Positions 1-11,479 of a stretch of DNA of 64,000 nt are shown one piece after another. Below the pieces are notes generated by a model that worked only from the letters and a program-made list of their open reading frames with translations, did not search any database and was not told the DNA's origin. The translations under genes and the position numbers were made by a program. The DNA lies in contig OZ244252.1 in assembly GCA_965217185.1 (NCBI GenBank), positions 416,001 through 480,000 on the forward strand, given 5' to 3'. Positions within the stretch are counted from its first letter, which is position 1. Every line of letters begins with the position of its first letter. The stretch comes from an uncultured Candidatus Entotheonella sp. Lineage in GTDB: Bacteria; Tectomicrobia; Entotheonellia; Entotheonellales; Entotheonellaceae.

Positions 1-1000
1 GGCCGGCGATCGTCTCAACCGCGGCAACGCCTTCCGCCGACGCCACGTGCGCCAGGCACGGCTGGCCGTTGAGGTCGCCGATGGCGTAAATGCCTGGCAC
101 GTTGGTGCGGCAGTGCGCGTCCACCGGTACAAAGCCGCGTTCGCTGTGCACGCCGGCGGCGTCGAGACCAAGGGTTTCGACGTTGCCCTGCACGCCGATG
201 GCGACCAGTACCTTGTCGGCCTGCACGGTCTGTGCGCCCTGCGGTGTGTTGACTTGTAACTGCAAGCCGTTGCCAGCCGCTTCCACGCCGTCCACCCGGC
301 TTTCGACAAGGATGTCGATCCCCTGCTGGGTGAGTGACTTGTGCAGCGCGGCGCTGATTTCGTGGTCCTCCACCGGCAGCACCTGCGGTAGCATCTCGAT
401 GAGCGCCACGCGGCTGCCGAAGGTGTTGTAGAGATAGGCGAATTCAACGCCGACCGCGCCAGCGCCGACGATCGCCAGAGACCCCGGCACTTCCTGGAGC
501 AGCATAGCCTCGGTGCTGCTGAGAACCTGTGTGCCGTCGAACGGCAGGCCCGGCAGCTCGCGTGGACGCGCGCCGGCAGCGAGGATGACGTTCGGGGCGT
601 TCAGCGTGGCGGTGACGTTGCCCTGTTCGTCGTGTACTGACACCACGCCCGCACCGGCCAGGCGGCCCGTGCCCTGCACCACCTGCACCTTGTTTTTGCG
701 CATCAGAAACGCCACCCCTTGCGCCAGCCGGTCGGCCACTTGGCGGCTGCGGGCGATGATCTGCGGAAAATCGAATCGCAGATTGTCGCAATGCACGCCA
801 AACTCGGCGCCTTTCCGCATCAGGTCATAAATTTCGGCATTGCGCAGCAGGGCCTTGGTCGGGATGCAGCCCCAGTTCAGGCAGATACCGCCCAGGGCTG
901 CCTGCTCCACCAGCGCCACCTGCATGCCAAGCTGCGCGGCACGAATCGCCGCCACGTATCCCCCTGGTCCACCGCCGACAATGATGAGATCTTCCGCCAC
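1..1000 (-). CDS. lpdA: Dihydrolipoyl dehydrogenase (5' part; runs off the window start)
   Basis: Manual translation from GTG at 1000 (RBS AGGGG) gives MAEDLIIVGGGPGGYVAAIRAAQLG...GGICLNWGCIPTKALL: FAD-binding GxGxxG and redox-active CLNWGC. Not in the ORF track because no stop lies in the window. Confidence 0.95.
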   Translation of the reverse strand, partial: MAEDLIIVGGGPGGYVAAIRAAQLGMQVALVEQAALGGICLNWGCIPTKALLRNAEIYDLMRKGAEFGVHCDNLRFDFPQIIARSRQVADRLAQGVAFLMRKNKVQVVQGTGRLAGAGVVSVHDEQGNVTATLNAPNVILAAGARPRELPGLPFDGTQVLSSTEAMLLQEVPGSLAIVGAGAVGVEFAYLYNTFGSRVALIEMLPQVLPVEDHEISAALHKSLTQQGIDILVESRVDGVEAAGNGLQLQVNTPQGAQTVQADKVLVAIGVQGNVETLGLDAAGVHSERGFVPVDAHCRTNVPGIYAIGDLNGQPCLAHVASAEGVAAVETIAG

Positions 1001-1186
1001 GTGTTCCCCTTTGCGGGCCGTTGCCCGGCCACGGTTCGACAGGTCCGAAATGCGTCCATTCGAGGCTGTGAACATACGTTGCCGAAAGCGCAAAAGTCAA
1101 CAGACCCGGCGCGTTGCGACGCCATCCCCCGTGTGCTACCGTTGCCGCCTGTTCCCAGTGGCCGCGAATGTGATGAAGGAGGTGTT

Positions 1187-2632
<1,446 letters not shown>

Positions 2633-2669
2633 GGCAGGGTGTTGACGATTCACGACGGGAGAGACAGGG

Positions 2670-4016
2670 ATGACGATTGAGCCTCAGGTGGTGCAGGACC
2701 TGCTGCAAACGGCGCGCGCACGCGGCGCTACCGGCGGCGACGCGCTGCTGGTGGACAGCACGTCTTTCGAGGCGCAGGTACGGTTGGGAGACGTCGAGAC
2801 GGTACAGAATTCGCACCAGAAGCGCTTGGGGCTACGGCTGTTCTTCGGACAGCGCTCGGCCACCACGTCGACCTCGGATTTCTCGTCGGCGTCGCTGCGG
2901 CAACTGCTCGACGACACCTGTGCGCTGGCGCAGGCGATGGCTGAAGACGAATACGCCGGCCTGCCCGATCCCGGCGAGGTTGCGACCACGGTACCCGACT
3001 TGGCGTTGTACGACGACAGCCTGCAGCAACTGCCGCCGGCCGAGCGCATTGCCATGGCGCGAGACGCGGAAAAGGCCGCCCTGGACTACGACAGCCGTAT
3101 CACCAACTCGGAAGGCGGCTCGTACGATAGCTCGCAAGGCGAGGTGACGTACGTCAACAGTCACGGATTCGTCGGGCACTACCGCGCCAGCCTGGCCAGT
3201 CTGTCAGTCGCCTCGATTGCTTCGGACGTGGGGGGCATGCAGAGCGGTTCGTGGTTCACCGCCGGACGCCGGATGGACAGCCTGCAGGCGCCGGAAGCGT
3301 TGGGTCGGGAGGCCGCGCGCCGCACCCTGCGGCTGCTGGGCGCTCGCCGCGTGCCGACGCAAAAGGTGCCGGTGGTTTTTGATGCCACCGTCGCTGCCGG
3401 TTTGCTGAACCACCTGTTCTCGGCAGTTTCGGGCTCCGCTATCTATCGCGCTGCGTCGTTCCTCACGGATTGCATCGGGCAGAAAATTGCCCCCGAAACG
3501 GTCACCGTATACGACGACGGCACGCTGACTGGCGCGCCGGGCTCGAAGCCGTTCGATGGCGAGGGGCTGCCGACCCGCCGCACCACCGTGGTGGAGCAGG
3601 GCGTCCTGCGCACCTATCTGCTCGATACCTACACGGGCCGCAAGCTGGGCATGCGCTCGACGGGCAATGCGGCGCGCTCGGCAGGGGACGCGCCAAGCGT
3701 GAGCCCGACGAATTTTTATATGGTGCCGGGCACGGCGACGCCCGAAGAAATCATTGCTTCGGTGCCGAACGGCCTGTATGTGACCGGTCTGATCGGTTTC
3801 GGCGTCAACCCCGTTACCGGCGATTATTCGCGCGGCGCTTCCGGGTTGTGGATCGAGGGGGGGGAGCTGACCTATGCGGTCGAGGAGATTACGATCGCGG
3901 GCAACCTGCGCCAGATGCTGGCTGACATCGAGATGATCGGCAATGATTTGGACAGGCGCCGCCGGGTGATGGCCCCAACGCTGAAGATTTGCGAGATGAC
4001 CATCGCCGGCAGCTAG
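2670..4016 (+). CDS. pmbA: TldE/PmbA family protein
   Basis: Follows tldD; FDGEG, STGNA, VNPVTGDYSRGASG and EITIAGNL motifs. Confidence 0.93.
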   Translation: MTIEPQVVQDLLQTARARGATGGDALLVDSTSFEAQVRLGDVETVQNSHQKRLGLRLFFGQRSATTSTSDFSSASLRQLLDDTCALAQAMAEDEYAGLPDPGEVATTVPDLALYDDSLQQLPPAERIAMARDAEKAALDYDSRITNSEGGSYDSSQGEVTYVNSHGFVGHYRASLASLSVASIASDVGGMQSGSWFTAGRRMDSLQAPEALGREAARRTLRLLGARRVPTQKVPVVFDATVAAGLLNHLFSAVSGSAIYRAASFLTDCIGQKIAPETVTVYDDGTLTGAPGSKPFDGEGLPTRRTTVVEQGVLRTYLLDTYTGRKLGMRSTGNAARSAGDAPSVSPTNFYMVPGTATPEEIIASVPNGLYVTGLIGFGVNPVTGDYSRGASGLWIEGGELTYAVEEITIAGNLRQMLADIEMIGNDLDRRRRVMAPTLKICEMTIAGS

Positions 4017-4081
4017 GATTAGTGAGCGGCTGGAAGGTGTGCTTTGTTGGTTATGATCAACTCAGAGTTGCCAATTTGCCG

Positions 4082-5176
4082 TCAACAAGGGGCGTTGTAG
4101 TTTGTGGCGGTTGCCTTGAGTTGGTCAGCGTATTGATAGATGTCGTCCAGCGTATCGATCGGATGTCGGGTTTCCGTTTTCTCAGCGTCGAAAAGACCGA
4201 TGTACTTCTGCCGCCTATTGAAGTGTAGGCGACATATCGGCCTCCGGTTCGTGTCATCCAACAGAATGCCCATATAGCTGATGGTATCCCGGTGGACAAT
4301 TCGCTGAGGCTCCACCACCTCTCGAAGCAGAGCTTTCACGATATGATATCCCTCCAACTCTTCCTCTGTGGTTTCAATACGACTGTCCTGTTCTGATGCA
4401 GTTGAAATCGCATCCGACGCTGCGGCTTCTTCGGGGCTTCTCGTCATTATTGGGGTTGTGTCTTCCTCGCTCAACGCTGACTTCAGGCGTTTGCTGATGT
4501 GGTCGTTGATAAACTGGAGGAAGGCGCGCTTTGTGATTGGCACAAACTGCGTGAGAACATTTTGGGTTTTTGTCCCAGGGTAGACCTGTGAAGCCAGAAA
4601 CCGCACAAAATCTTGGGAAGGCTCCGTCACTTGTTCATCCAAGAACAGCTTGATCTCACGTGTGTACTTCAGGTCGCTGGCTGTTGAAAGCACCTCATCC
4701 AAGTTAAATCCCGACTTGGTCAACTTCTTGAGTTCACCCAGCAATGATTCCTGCATATCAAGCAAGTTGAATTCCAGGAATGGTGTGGAATCCATCTGGT
4801 TCGTTTTTTCCAAATCAGAAAAGAAGCGATATACGACGCCATTGGTCAAGACCCCGATACGGGCTTCCGTAGCAGAGAAATAACGGAAAAGTTGGCTTAT
4901 GTGGGTGTCGTCAAGATTCGCATCGCATTTCTTGCATTCAAACAAGATGGCCGGCTCGCCATCATGCAGGATGGCGTAATCGGCCTTTTCACCCTTCTTG
5001 ATTCCGACATCCGCCGTATATTCTGGGACAACTTCACTCGGATCGAACACATCGTATCCGAGCAGACTGATGAACGGCATGACAAAGGCAGTCTTCGTTG
5101 CTTCTTCGGTCCCAATTTGATCCCGTTGACGTTGAATCTTCGTCGCAAGAGCTTGTAATTGGTCGATAAAATCCAT
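4082..5176 (-). CDS. Stand-alone type I restriction enzyme HsdR N-terminal-domain nuclease
   Basis: EEATKTAFVMPF...GYDVFDPSEVVPEY...KADYAI...ILFECK...LTNG (PD-(D/E)xK type); ATG 5176 after AAGGAGGT; visibly lower GC than neighbours. Confidence 0.85.
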   Translation of the reverse strand: MDFIDQLQALATKIQRQRDQIGTEEATKTAFVMPFISLLGYDVFDPSEVVPEYTADVGIKKGEKADYAILHDGEPAILFECKKCDANLDDTHISQLFRYFSATEARIGVLTNGVVYRFFSDLEKTNQMDSTPFLEFNLLDMQESLLGELKKLTKSGFNLDEVLSTASDLKYTREIKLFLDEQVTEPSQDFVRFLASQVYPGTKTQNVLTQFVPITKRAFLQFINDHISKRLKSALSEEDTTPIMTRSPEEAAASDAISTASEQDSRIETTEEELEGYHIVKALLREVVEPQRIVHRDTISYMGILLDDTNRRPICRLHFNRRQKYIGLFDAEKTETRHPIDTLDDIYQYADQLKATATNYNAPC

Positions 5177-5470
5177 CACTACCTCCTTACCGTGCAGTGA
5201 TAGATGCATCCCGCCTATATCCGTCATGCAATGGGATTGCACAGGATGCATCAGCACAGAGATTGTTGAGATGTTCCCCCGCGAATAGCCATTGCGAAGA
5301 TGGCTTTGGACCGACTTGAAAGCCCGTTATCAAGCGCGTCCATCTGCGCACGGGAGTGAGATGGGGGGCGGAAGAGCATGATCGCTCAGAAGGTGCGACG
5401 CGGAGGCACACGCCACAGGGTGTGGGTCTGCCACACGCCGTGTCGGTCGTGTTCTCTACGTGCGTTCCCG

Positions 5471-6244
5471 CTATTCCTGCTCTCGTTTCACCGGATTACG
5501 CAGCACACCGATTTGCGAGATTTCGATTTCCACCGTGTCGCCGTCTTCCATTGGTCCAACGCCTTCGCAGGTGCCGGTAAAAATGGCGTCACCGGGATTC
5601 ATCGTGACCACTTGGCTGATGAAGCTGATCATGGTTGGCACGTCGAAAATCAACTGATCCGTCCCCGAATGCTGCTTGACCTCACCATTCAGGCGCGTTT
5701 CCAGCGTCAGCTTCGACGGGTCGGCGATGTCGGTCTCGATCCACGGCCCGATCGGGGAAAACGTGTCGCTCGACTTGCCGCGCCACCACTGCAAATCGCC
5801 GCGCTGCCAGCCGCGGGCGCTCACGTCGTTGCCGCAGGTGTAGCCCAGCACGTACTCAAGGGTGTTCTCCGGGGCGACGCGCTTGCACGTCTTGCCGATC
5901 ACTGCCACCAATTCGCCCTCAAAGTGGGTCATGCCGGCACCGGGCGGGATGCAGATCGGGTCGCCCGGATTGCACAGCGACGAGGGCACCTTGTAGAAGG
6001 GCTCCGGCTGGGTGGGAGCTTTACGGTCACTGCCGCTTTCCTGCACGTGCAGGGCGTAATTCAGGCCCAGGGCCAGCATCTTGCTGGGCGTGCAAGGCGT
6101 CAGGAGCTTGACGGTATTGAGCGGAAAGCTGCTGCCGGTCGGGACGCGGTCGCCGAAGAGGTCGCCTTCGATCTCCCTGATGTTCTCGCCTTCGGCAATG
6201 CCGTGGCGGATCTGACCGCCGGTCTGGAAACGGACCAACTTCAT
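5471..6244 (-). CDS. Fumarylacetoacetate hydrolase family protein
   Basis: GLNYALH, HFEGEL, GYTCGNDVSAR, GKSSDTFSPIGP and GDAIFTGT motifs; start MKLVRF at 6244. Confidence 0.92.
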   Translation of the reverse strand: MKLVRFQTGGQIRHGIAEGENIREIEGDLFGDRVPTGSSFPLNTVKLLTPCTPSKMLALGLNYALHVQESGSDRKAPTQPEPFYKVPSSLCNPGDPICIPPGAGMTHFEGELVAVIGKTCKRVAPENTLEYVLGYTCGNDVSARGWQRGDLQWWRGKSSDTFSPIGPWIETDIADPSKLTLETRLNGEVKQHSGTDQLIFDVPTMISFISQVVTMNPGDAIFTGTCEGVGPMEDGDTVEIEISQIGVLRNPVKREQE

Positions 6245-6494
6245 AACGTGTCTTCCTTCATTAGCGGGGAGTTGTGCCTTGGGAACGTTTCGGGGGCTAA
6301 TGGGGCTAATATAGTACAGGGCTTGGCGGCAGCAAAGGCATTTTTGGCGGACGATGTTTCGTGCCGCGGCGTCACGCGCCGGGGCTTGCAAGCGGGGGCC
6401 TGATACGGCTACACTGTCCAAAAGCTCCTCCCCGCAAAGAAGACCCGCGACTCGCTGTTTCCCATCGCATTTCCCAGGAGAATTCATCGCTATC

Positions 6495-7991
6495 ATGTCT
6501 GTCTCAGCAAGCATCTTGCGCGTGGCGATCGTGGTTGGCCTGTTCGCTTTCTGGACAGGGCACGCCTGGTGTCAGAACCTGGCGGTATTCCCGAAAGAAG
6601 ACCTTCTCCTCATCGGCGGTGATTTCCGCCTCCGCAGCATCCACAGCAACATGGCCGCCGCGAATGAAGCGGGCGGCGGCGAGAGCGGCGGGTTTCCCGT
6701 CGCCGACAGTTCCACGAAATCCTTCTTCGATACCCGCCTGCGTTTGTACTGGGACTTTCGGCCCAGCGAGTTGATGCGCGTTCATTACCGCATGGAAATC
6801 GGCGACGTCCGCTTTGGGGGTTGCGAAAGTAGCGACGTAGATTGCGAAATGGGTAGTGACGTCAGCGGCAATCTGGTGCCGGTGATCGGGCCGGGCGCCG
6901 GCGGTGGCGTCGGGGCCGACGGGGTGAACGTCGAGACCAAAAATATCTTCATGGAAATGATGCTACCCCTTATCCGCGGCCTGAGCTTTCGCGGCGGTAT
7001 CTTCGGCTACGGCGACCGCTACGACTTCAACATCCTGGCCGATGACTTTGCCGGTCTGCAATTAAACTACCGGCGCGGGGACGTCTCGGCGCATCTCGTG
7101 TATCTGAAATTCTTCGAGGGCGATACCCGGGATAACGCCGACGACAGCGACTGGGTCGGCATCGACGCGGAATACAAGCTGACGCCGTCGACGACGGTGG
7201 CGAGCTCCTTTCATTACTGGAGCGATCAGGAAAACAAGGGTGAATTGGAAGTCGATCCGTTCCAATACTGGATCGGTCTCGAAGTCACCACCCGCGTCGG
7301 TCCGACGCTCCTCAACGGCTACGCGATCCTCAATCAGGGCGAGGGCTACTTCGGTCGCCGCAGCGGCAAAAACGGCGGCTTCAACGCCAGCGTGGCGGGC
7401 GACTACTTTCTGTCCTTTGGCACCCTCGGGCTGCAGGCGCAGTACATCACCGGCGAGGCGGGCAGCAAGGTCCAACTCGAAAACGGCGACGCGGACATTG
7501 GGGCGTGGTTGAGCTACAAGAATCACATGTACCAAGGGCCGGGGATTATTTCGCGGGGGTCGATTGTCGATATCGGAGACGGCTTCAACAGCAAGTGGGG
7601 CACCGGAAACGGCTATTTCAACGGCGACTACAATGGGCGCCTGCTGCTCATCGCGCGGGGCGCTTTTCCGGTCCTGCAAAAGCAATATCGGGACAGGGTC
7701 ACCTTGCATGTGGTAGGCGCTTATGACATGGCCGCCGCTGAGAACGCCAACGGCGACAGCGACCGCGGTATCGAGTTCGACGTCTGGGCGCACGTCAACA
7801 TCATGCCCAAACTGTGGCTGCGCCTCGGCGCGGCGTACTACATGACGGGCGATTGGTGGAAGAACAACACCGACGCCTCCTTTGACGGCTGCGGCAGGTG
7901 GTGCAGCGAAGACCTAGCAGGACCGTCGGCGGGTTCCGACCCCGACAACGTCTGGCAATTTTCTGCACGGCTGCAATATGATTTCGGCTAA
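6495..7991 (+). CDS. Outer-membrane beta-barrel porin, OmpJ/Desulfovibrio homotrimeric porin-like (paralog 1)
   Basis: Signal peptide, amphipathic strands, GGGVGADGVNVETKN motif, C-terminal beta-signal RLQYDFG. Confidence 0.75.
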   Translation: MSVSASILRVAIVVGLFAFWTGHAWCQNLAVFPKEDLLLIGGDFRLRSIHSNMAAANEAGGGESGGFPVADSSTKSFFDTRLRLYWDFRPSELMRVHYRMEIGDVRFGGCESSDVDCEMGSDVSGNLVPVIGPGAGGGVGADGVNVETKNIFMEMMLPLIRGLSFRGGIFGYGDRYDFNILADDFAGLQLNYRRGDVSAHLVYLKFFEGDTRDNADDSDWVGIDAEYKLTPSTTVASSFHYWSDQENKGELEVDPFQYWIGLEVTTRVGPTLLNGYAILNQGEGYFGRRSGKNGGFNASVAGDYFLSFGTLGLQAQYITGEAGSKVQLENGDADIGAWLSYKNHMYQGPGIISRGSIVDIGDGFNSKWGTGNGYFNGDYNGRLLLIARGAFPVLQKQYRDRVTLHVVGAYDMAAAENANGDSDRGIEFDVWAHVNIMPKLWLRLGAAYYMTGDWWKNNTDASFDGCGRWCSEDLAGPSAGSDPDNVWQFSARLQYDFG

Positions 7992-8004
7992 TCCCACACG
8001 ACGG

Positions 8005-8382
8005 ATGATGCGCTGCCTCGCGGCGGGGCTGGGATGCCTCGTGTTTGCCGCCCTGGCGTACGGTCAGGACGGTGGCCATGGGTATCGGCTGCGCGTCGAG
8101 CCCGGCATGATGACCATGCGGCATACCGAGCGCCCGCGCCTGACCGTGGCCGTCGAGGACGCCTCGGGCCAGCCGGCCGATGACGTGCAGGTCGACTTCA
8201 CCGTCTCTGAGGGCGTTGTGACGCCCGACGGTTCCAGCCGCACACAGGATGGACGGGTTACCGGCACGTTCACCCCGGCTTTCGGAGGCGACGATCCCCG
8301 CCGGGCTTTCGTGGTCGTTTCGGCCGCCGGCCATGAGGTCACCGTTTTCATTGATATCGTTCCGGCCGTCTACGGGCGTTGA
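8005..8382 (+). CDS. Small exported Ig-like (Big_1/invasin D1-like) protein
   Basis: Signal peptide (AALAYG) then LTVAVEDASGQPADDVQVDFTV...SRTQDGRVTGTFT, typical of Big_1. Confidence 0.65.
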   Translation: MMRCLAAGLGCLVFAALAYGQDGGHGYRLRVEPGMMTMRHTERPRLTVAVEDASGQPADDVQVDFTVSEGVVTPDGSSRTQDGRVTGTFTPAFGGDDPRRAFVVVSAAGHEVTVFIDIVPAVYGR

Positions 8383-8422
8383 CAGCAAAGGTGTCTTGCA
8401 CGTGCATCCAATCTCTCGTGTC

Positions 8423-9946
8423 ATGCAACCACTTCTCAGCGGTCTGTTTGTCCTGCTGCTCGCCGTTTTCCTTCCTCTCGACCCCGCCTCTGCACAAGTC
8501 GAAGACATTATCCTGATCGGCGGCAACTACCGCTTGCAGGGCAACCTGCACAACATGCAAGACGGGTTTTTCGGCGCGCCGTCGCTTTCGATTGACGATT
8601 CAACGCAGCGGTTTGTCGACACGCGCTTGCGGCTGTCATTCGACCTGCGGCCGGACTCGCCGCTGTCGGTGCACTACGGGCTGGAAATCGGCGACATCAC
8701 CTTCGGCGCCAAGAACCCGCCCATCTGGGATTCCACGGGGCATCGGTTGGAGAACGTCGGATCCGGCAGCGAGGGCGGCGACGGGGTGAACCTGGAAACG
8801 AAGAACGCCTATCTAGGGGTGGAGATTCCGGGGGTGCCGGGCCTGTCATTCCGGGGCGGCATCCTTGGCTGGGGCGATCAGTTCGATTGGACCATTCTGG
8901 CGACGGATTTTACCGGCTTGCAGTTTACCTACGAGCGGCAAGCGTTGTGGACGCAGTTCACCTTTCTGCAATTTCTGGAAGGCAGTCTGCGGCGCGATGA
9001 GGAGGATTCGCGCTGGTTTGCGCTCGACGGCCGTTACGACCTGGCCGCCGACACGGACGTGACCGCCAGTCTTTATCTCTGGGACGACAACGCCAATGAC
9101 AATCCCGGCAGCGGCGCCGACGCCTATCAGATTTACGCCGGTCTCAAGGTGAGCACACGGGTTCTTGAGCGCGCGCGGCTGGAGATCTCCGGTGTCTACA
9201 ACGTCGGGCAGGAGTTTCTCGGCCAGTCGTGCCAAGTCCAAGCCGGAAGTGACCAGGACTGTCGGGAGTTGCTTGCCTTGGCACCGACGGACCGTGGGCT
9301 TTTACGCACCGGGCTCGACGGCTCAGCCAATCGGGGCTTCATGGGCAGCGTGCACGTCGATTACCCGCTGGGCAAGCACTGGCTGGGCCTGACGCTGCAA
9401 TACATCTCCGGGGAGGCGGGCAGCCGCGCCTCGCTGGACGGCGGGAGCCGGGACGTGAGCGCCTTTCTCGGTTTGTTCAACTCGCAGTATTCAGGTTTCG
9501 GTCGGTCGCGCTACACGGAGGGGGGCGGTTTGGAGTTGATCACCCTGGGATCGCTGAATGATTCCACCGCCGGCCTCAACAACGTCTCGGTGTCGCCCTT
9601 TTTTGGCGGTGGCTACAACGGCCGCATGCTGGCCGTGCTGCGTGCCAAGTTCGAGGTCACGCCGGTGTTTTTCGCCTTTGCGGCTCTGGGGGCGGATCAG
9701 GCGGCGCAGCCCAACGAGCACGGTGAACGGTTCCGCGGCGTTGAGGTCGCGTCCCACCTGCACTGGGACCTCATGCCCAAGCTCTGGCTGCGGATGGGTG
9801 GGGCCATGATGTTCGTGCAGGATTGGTGGGAGAATAACAGCGACGTGTCCCTGTACGGCTTTCCGCAGCCATTGGGCTTGGACTACAACGGTTCGATGGA
9901 GGACATCTTCCAATTCGTGCTGCGGCTGCAATATGACTTTGGTTAA
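8423..9946 (+). CDS. Outer-membrane beta-barrel porin (paralog 2)
   Basis: Signal peptide (ASA-Q); shares DTRLRL, EIGD, DGVNLETKN, YNGR, MPKLWLR and RLQYDFG with paralog 1. Confidence 0.75.
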   Translation: MQPLLSGLFVLLLAVFLPLDPASAQVEDIILIGGNYRLQGNLHNMQDGFFGAPSLSIDDSTQRFVDTRLRLSFDLRPDSPLSVHYGLEIGDITFGAKNPPIWDSTGHRLENVGSGSEGGDGVNLETKNAYLGVEIPGVPGLSFRGGILGWGDQFDWTILATDFTGLQFTYERQALWTQFTFLQFLEGSLRRDEEDSRWFALDGRYDLAADTDVTASLYLWDDNANDNPGSGADAYQIYAGLKVSTRVLERARLEISGVYNVGQEFLGQSCQVQAGSDQDCRELLALAPTDRGLLRTGLDGSANRGFMGSVHVDYPLGKHWLGLTLQYISGEAGSRASLDGGSRDVSAFLGLFNSQYSGFGRSRYTEGGGLELITLGSLNDSTAGLNNVSVSPFFGGGYNGRMLAVLRAKFEVTPVFFAFAALGADQAAQPNEHGERFRGVEVASHLHWDLMPKLWLRMGGAMMFVQDWWENNSDVSLYGFPQPLGLDYNGSMEDIFQFVLRLQYDFG

Positions 9947-9950
9947 AGCT

Positions 9951-9980
9951 GCAGGTCGGATTAGCGAAGCGTAATCCGAC
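9951..9980. repeat. REP-like palindrome between convergent genes
   Basis: gcag GTCGGATTA gcgaagcg TAATCCGAC: perfect 9-bp stem, resembling GTAG-class REP elements; could also act as a bidirectional terminator. Confidence 0.6.
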
Positions 9981-9986
9981 ATCCAC

Positions 9987-11294
9987 TCATGCGCTTCCCG
10001 CTTTTGACATCGCCAGCGCAGTGGTCGTCATGTGGTATTTCGTCAGCAGGTTCGGTATTTCCCACTCCGGTAGCGCGCCTCGTTCGAGGCAATCCAGATA
10101 GCCTTCCATGACTTTTCCAAAATGGGCTTCATGCCCGATGCGATACGTGTCGGGAATGTGCACCTGCCAGCCCTCGCCGGCGGGCGATGTCGTCAAGCCC
10201 GGATAGCGGGGCTCCCAGTCTGCCAACGCCTTGTCGAGCGATGCGCCCAGGCCGGTGTGGCTGACGCCCGCTGCTGGTTCGACGTAGACCTCGGGGCGGT
10301 AGCCCTGCGCCTCTCCTTGCCGAATGCACACCTCGCTGCGTGTACCGCGGGTAACCGACACGTGGGTATCGTCGCCGCCGGGTGGCGCCACGAAGTTCCA
10401 GGCGACCCACATCCGAGTATGCACGCCGCGGATAGTGCTGGTGAACTCGCCGTTGCAGAAATAGGGCAGGGCGCCTTGTGCGTCCAGCGCCCCGTGCAAA
10501 AACGCCGGAAACTCCTGCAGACCCGTCACCTGGGCGAATTGCTCGCGCCCCACCAGTGTCGGCCAACGCCGGGCATGCAGCATGCGGACGTCTGAGGCGT
10601 GATCAATCGCTTCGTCCGGGAAGCACTCCCACAAGGTGTTGTCGATGAGGTGCGTCGTCACGTCCACGATCCCCTCGCCTTGCTGCGTCACGTCGAAGTA
10701 CCAGGCGGGACGGATGAGGGCCTGTCCCGAGACGTGTTTGTAAAGATGGTGCACGCTTTCCTTGACGACGGCGGGCGCCTCTGGCGTGCCCTGTTGCAGG
10801 GTGCCGAACACGCTGGGGTTGTTGACCAATTCGCGCGCAATGATTGAGGTGATCTCGTGCCGCTGGGTCATGATGTCGCAGATCAGCAGGCCCTTGCGCT
10901 GCGCCTCTTGGCAGGCCGCCTCAAGCACCTCCCAGCCCGGTGGGTCGATGCAGATCGGCTTGTCCGCCAGAACGTTCAAGCCAGCCTGAACGGACTTCTG
11001 CAGGTACCCTGGCCGCCGGCTGCTGTTGCCCGCCACGACGACCACGTTGCCCGGCCGCTGTTGCAGCATGGCGTCGAGATAATCCGGCCCCGCGTGGACT
11101 TGATGTTGCCAGTTCGTTGGCTGGTCGGCGCGCTGGTTGAATGCCTCAACGCGCTGCAAATGCAGGTCCAGATCCGGCCCTTCGGGCGCGAAGACGCTGA
11201 CCACCGGGGAGACCTGTTCGTACATGCGTTTTTGCACCAGGGCGGCGTGGAAGTGACCGGGGTCGAGTGTCATCAAGCGAACGTTGTCCTGCAT
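9987..11294 (-). CDS. Gfo/Idh/MocA-like putative oxidoreductase
   Basis: LDPGHFHAALVQK, NVLADKP, GEGIVDVTTHLID and GHEAHF motifs; start MQDNVRL at 11294. Confidence 0.8.
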   Translation of the reverse strand: MQDNVRLMTLDPGHFHAALVQKRMYEQVSPVVSVFAPEGPDLDLHLQRVEAFNQRADQPTNWQHQVHAGPDYLDAMLQQRPGNVVVVAGNSSRRPGYLQKSVQAGLNVLADKPICIDPPGWEVLEAACQEAQRKGLLICDIMTQRHEITSIIARELVNNPSVFGTLQQGTPEAPAVVKESVHHLYKHVSGQALIRPAWYFDVTQQGEGIVDVTTHLIDNTLWECFPDEAIDHASDVRMLHARRWPTLVGREQFAQVTGLQEFPAFLHGALDAQGALPYFCNGEFTSTIRGVHTRMWVAWNFVAPPGGDDTHVSVTRGTRSEVCIRQGEAQGYRPEVYVEPAAGVSHTGLGASLDKALADWEPRYPGLTTSPAGEGWQVHIPDTYRIGHEAHFGKVMEGYLDCLERGALPEWEIPNLLTKYHMTTTALAMSKAGSA

Positions 11295-11479
11295 GCCTTG
11301 TGTCTCCACTGTCGGGTTTGAGGGCGCCGGTGGCTTGGCGGCGATGGTTTTACCATACAAACTCGGGGGTTGCGCCGCAATACCCGGCTGGTCTTGCGGC
11401 CCTGCCGGGTTGTGTATAATGGTCCGCACATTCCACGCAGGCGTCTGAAAGCACGGTGACAACCAAGAGGAGAACGGCA

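Noticed and set aside
719..1186. N-terminal extension of TldD in the ORF track
   Set aside because: It overlaps lpdA on the opposite strand; a strong RBS supports ATG 1187.
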